Assembly: GCA_000320545.1 (NCBI GenBank)
Contig: ADNK01001243.1
Span: 1-64,000 of the forward strand
Length of the DNA stretch: 64,000 nt
Source: Bigelowiella natans CCMP2755
Taxonomy: Eukaryota > Protista > Cercozoa
Direction: 5' to 3'
Both the position numbers and the translations under genes were made by a program. Of this stretch, positions 60,446 to 64,000 are shown piece by piece. Position 1 is the first letter of the stretch, and each line of letters begins with the position of its first letter. Under the pieces are notes generated by a model. It worked only from the letters and a program-made list of their open reading frames with translations. It ran no database searches and was not told the origin of the DNA.

Positions 60446-60836
60446 TTATTATTTTAGGTGAGAATAAATTTACAGTGTTTTTAACGATGCTCTGCTGTGG
60501 ATTTTGCCATGTCATTTTTAACAAAGATTGTTTTCACAAAACACATGGGTGGAACATTTTCATCATGTCATTCTAGCAATTCAGTTCAGCAGCAGGTCGT
60601 CAGTAGGCAAAGCTTTCATGTTGCGCATTTTCGCACATTTTGCTACTGATTGCTGATGGGAAATCAATTGTGGAGTACTTGACATGTCATGCTCGTGCAA
60701 TTTTGCCATGTCATTCTAGCAATTCAGTTCAGCAGTAGGTCGTCAGTAGGTGAATTTTTGAAATGAAAATTTTGTGTCATTCCCCTACTGACGGCAGATG
60801 GGAAATCAAATGTGGGGTGTGGTCCATTCTCTGCTG
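59941..60836 (-). repeat. Right terminal inverted repeat of the PLV
   Basis: Reverse complement of 39052-39959. Confidence 0.95.
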
Positions 60837-60994
60837 CATCAAGAGTCAAGAGGCAAAACTAGAAACGGAACGGGAAGACGGTTCAAACGTTCACCAACTA
60901 GCAAACCACGTGAGAAGCTGAAGGTGCAAATGTGTTCATGAAAACAGGCAACTTCATTGCCGATTGATTTCAAACATGCAAAGAAACAGAACCG

Positions 60995-61393
60995 TTGACA
61001 AAAAATCCATGGCGGGTGGTAGTTCTGGGCCATGAGTTCGACACATGCAACACGCGGCATGTGACACAAGAAACAAACAAATGCAACCTGAGCGCTGCAG
61101 CCGCTGCTCTGCACAGCCACATTGGGATGACCATTCCAGCATTCTGTGGCATTGAGAAAATTCAAACATTTCATTGCATCCGTCTCATGATGACGCCAGC
61201 AGCACTGTCGCACGGCACACTGCTTAGCATTTGTCCAGCTTCGCGAAAAAATGCAATCGCTACTCACCTTGTGCTCAATGAGGGAATGAGGGCACATGCA
61301 CGCCATGAATCTCACTCATGCAATCTAGCAATGCCACAGCATCTCGTCGCGCCTTTTTTGTTTCGGCGCCAACCATGTGCATGCATGAATTAG
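60995..61393 (+). pseudogene. Decayed, TpA-depleted coding relic flanking the PLV
   Basis: 132-aa frame with no Tyr and many Cys/His; origin not recognised. Confidence 0.35.
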
Positions 61394-62279
61394 ATCTAGA
61401 GATGAACGATGCATGCGCTCATTGCGGCGGTCGCCAGTGTCGTCGATCTGCATGCACAAACAGCATGCATGCGCGCGCATGGCAGGTGTCTAGCTGTCAC
61501 ACAGTGCACTGCGGAGACCTTGATGATCGAAGCAGTTAAAATTTGGCCAATGATGGAATTTCCACTGCATCTCGATCTGCTGGCGATCGATCACCGCGCA
61601 TGCGCATGGCCACCATTATTCTTCTAGTGTTCCATGGTTGCAAGTTTGGCCACTACTCGTTCGCTCACTCGATGGCCACGGCACGCGTGACACCACTTGC
61701 ATCATTAATGGCAAGACCATCCTATCAATCCAATCCGTTTCCACGCCGCAGTGCGAGAGATTTTTCTCTGCAAAACTACATCTTGCATTCTTAACTGCAT
61801 GTGCAGTAAACGCACTATTGCTCATAGCTAATGGCATAGTGCATAGTAGTGCAATCATGATAGCTATAATCAATCGTAAAACCTGCCAAATGCGTGGCTA
61901 AAATTCTTTAATATAAAGTAACGCCGCCTTGACCAATTTCGAAACAGGAATAAACGATAAGATGGAGAAATCGCAAGGAAAGAGTGGCTGAGAAGAAAAA
62001 AAAAGTGTTACAGAATTTCCAAAAAGAGGTAGATTATATAATACCTAATTGTAGTCGTGATGCTAGGGTGGAGACATTGCGCTGAGCTCCTTAGCAAGCC
62101 CAATATTGGCCTGGTATAAGTAGTAGTTTTTTAAGCATACGCAAATGAAATATCACCGCACTGCATACACGCACACACACACACACATACACACACACAC
62201 ACACACCATATTTATTGACAACGCTATTACTACCTGTACTACTATTCGTACTACTACCACCACCACCACCAAGTAAGTA

Positions 62280-62465
62280 GTACCTTTTTGATGTGATCGA
62301 GCTCATTTTTAGCCCATGAATCAAGTTGACGATTTAGTGCTGCCATCTTAATACGTATTCGGTGTAAAACCGACTTGCACATTAGCCGCATAATCAGACG
62401 CTCCTGTCGAAGCTCTTCCGCAGCCAACTCCATCGCCTACAAACGATGAATTACAGCAATACGAG

Positions 62466-62503
<38 letters not shown>

Positions 62504-63015
62504 GAACGCAAGCACACAAATTCGTAATATTAATGTATATCCTTCAATCCAATATACAACAACATTCACTCCAAAAGGTATGGGATACTACTACTGCAAC
62601 GTTTAAGGGAAAGAAGATCATATGATGATAAGCACTTGTAAATAACCAACACCGACATCCCATGCTATTATTGGCTCCTCGAGCACGCACATGTAGTAAC
62701 AGCAGTAGTAGTGGTAGTAGTAGTAGTAGCGTTATGACGACGACACGAAAGGAGGCAGCAATTTGGCAGTAGTGGTCACATCTAACGAAGTTATTAATTC
62801 ACCACAACCACCTTTTCAGTGCCTTTCTTAAGCGCTTTCTCCAGTATCATCTTTCCATAATCACTTTCGCGTGCCATTAAGCGTTTGAAGGAATTATAAT
62901 CGTTGTTATCATTGTTGTCCCGTTGGCCGCCTTCTCCACTACTACGAGTGGTTGAACTAGACTTACTCTGAACCTCCTCCTTTCCCCTCTCTGCTTTTTC
63001 TTTTTTCATCACAGG

Positions 63016-63046
<31 letters not shown>

Positions 63047-63831
63047 GTAGAAGGAATCTTCTTCTCTTCCATTCCCTCTTTGGACTGCTGTTCACTATGC
63101 TGTTTCTCCTCCTCCTCCTCCCCCTCCTGCTGCTGCTTTGTGACAACAGTTGTCGTCCTACTACGACTATCTGCTGGTGCATCATCTTTCATAGCACCCA
63201 CCTTTGATGAAGCAGCACTACTATTAAGAACGCTGCTACTGCTAGTGGTTAAACGCAACTCTCCCCTCTCTTCCTCCTCCTCCTTCTCTCTCTTTACACC
63301 ACTGCCGTCGCATGAAAACAGGCAATTCTGTTCAATCAGCCCGTACTGCATCAGTGCTTCCTTGGCCATGGCAGCCGATACGTGCGGACTAACCTTTGAT
63401 GAAATTACTGCCAGTTGAGCCATCAAGGGGTTGGGCACTCGCTGATGATGATGATGAGGAGGAGGAGATGGAGGGAGAAGAAGAAGTAATAATAATAAGA
63501 TGATGATGATGATGCTGACAGAGGATGCGCCTTCTGCTGTGTGAATCAGAAATAGGTTGGCGATGTGACGACGACGACACCAATGACTTGACTGCTAATT
63601 CGACAGAAGAAGAAGGAGAATTTTATCAAGACAGCAGCTTTCTAGCTGTATTATTATGTAATGCCCTCCTCCTCCTCCTCCTCCTCCTCCTCCTTCCTCG
63701 CACACAGAAGCATTAACAAACAACCGCTGATAGGAGAACACTGCTACTACTACTACTACTACTTCTACACGAATGTGAAAAGAAGAAGCCCATTTCCCAC
63801 AAGCAAGGTAAACACACACACACGCACACAC

Positions 63832-63868
<37 letters not shown>

Positions 63869-64000
63869 ATAGGAATGTTGCTTGCTCGTGTTGCTGTATT
63901 GTAATCTTTGTGATAGATGAATATGTAATTATTACCTCGAGGAAAGGAAGTTTCTGCACATTAGTACCTCCATCGTCACCGCCTGCCGTGTCATTACTAT
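62280..64000 (-). CDS. 3' part of a multi-exon gene, possibly SWI3/SMARCC-like
   Basis: Spliced ...QKLPFLE-VPNPLMAQLAVISSKVSPHVSAAMAKEAL resembles the PF..NPxMxxxAxL..V.P.VAAAAAKAAL block of SWI3 proteins; the rest is low complexity; 3' end uncertain. Confidence 0.45.
63812..63867. repeat. (CA)n microsatellite, intronic
   Basis: CA run with two CG interruptions; similar runs near 12484, 19169, 62172 and 62468. Confidence 0.95.

Larger units (their letters stand above)
39052..60836. mobile_element. Endogenous Polinton-like virus (PLV), left arm disrupted
   Basis: Long terminal inverted repeats; AT-rich, intronless, gene-dense core (43.5-60.4 kb) with packaging ATPase, major and minor capsid-like proteins and a PolB-like/helicase fusion. 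Confidence 0.9.

Noticed and set aside
39052-60836. Classical RIP (CpA->TpA) or CpG deamination
   Set aside because: Affected regions are TpA-poor rather than TpA-rich, ORFs lack new stops, and motif and start-codon changes polarise toward loss of TA.
39040-60850. Target-site duplication around the PLV
   Set aside because: The flanks (..acttgac | catcaag..) give no 5-6 bp direct match for the plausible end positions.
1-64000. tRNA, rRNA or other structured RNA genes
   Set aside because: None recognisable by eye; a covariance-model scan was not possible.

Overview
Intron-rich eukaryotic (protist-like) genomic DNA with short GT-AG introns and many microsatellites. Host genes: 3' end of an FAD-dependent aromatic monooxygenase, a Pro/Thr-rich membrane protein, two TPR genes, LTV1, a long uncharacterised membrane-protein gene and a probable SWI3-like gene. 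Mobile DNA: (i) a two-ORF non-LTR retrotransposon (6090-11132) bounded by an exact 73-bp direct repeat that contains its own ORF1 start, plus three relic fragments; (ii) a ~21.8-kb endogenous Polinton-like virus (39052-60836) with ~0.9-kb terminal inverted repeats, a PolB-like/SF1-helicase/HNH fusion, A32-like packaging ATPase, major and minor capsid proteins, fibre-like and GIY-YIG genes, and a TCTA motif 10-17 nt upstream of ten genes. Its left arm is interrupted by an intact 11-exon ankyrin gene with one repeat per exon. The most striking signal is a patchy, mobile-DNA-associated TpA->TpG/CpA hypermutation, opposite in direction to fungal RIP. It is visible in copy-to-copy alignments, in Tyr->Cys/His changes at conserved motifs and in four apparent T|ATG->T|GTG start-codon losses. 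All calls come from reading motifs by eye; no database searches were run.
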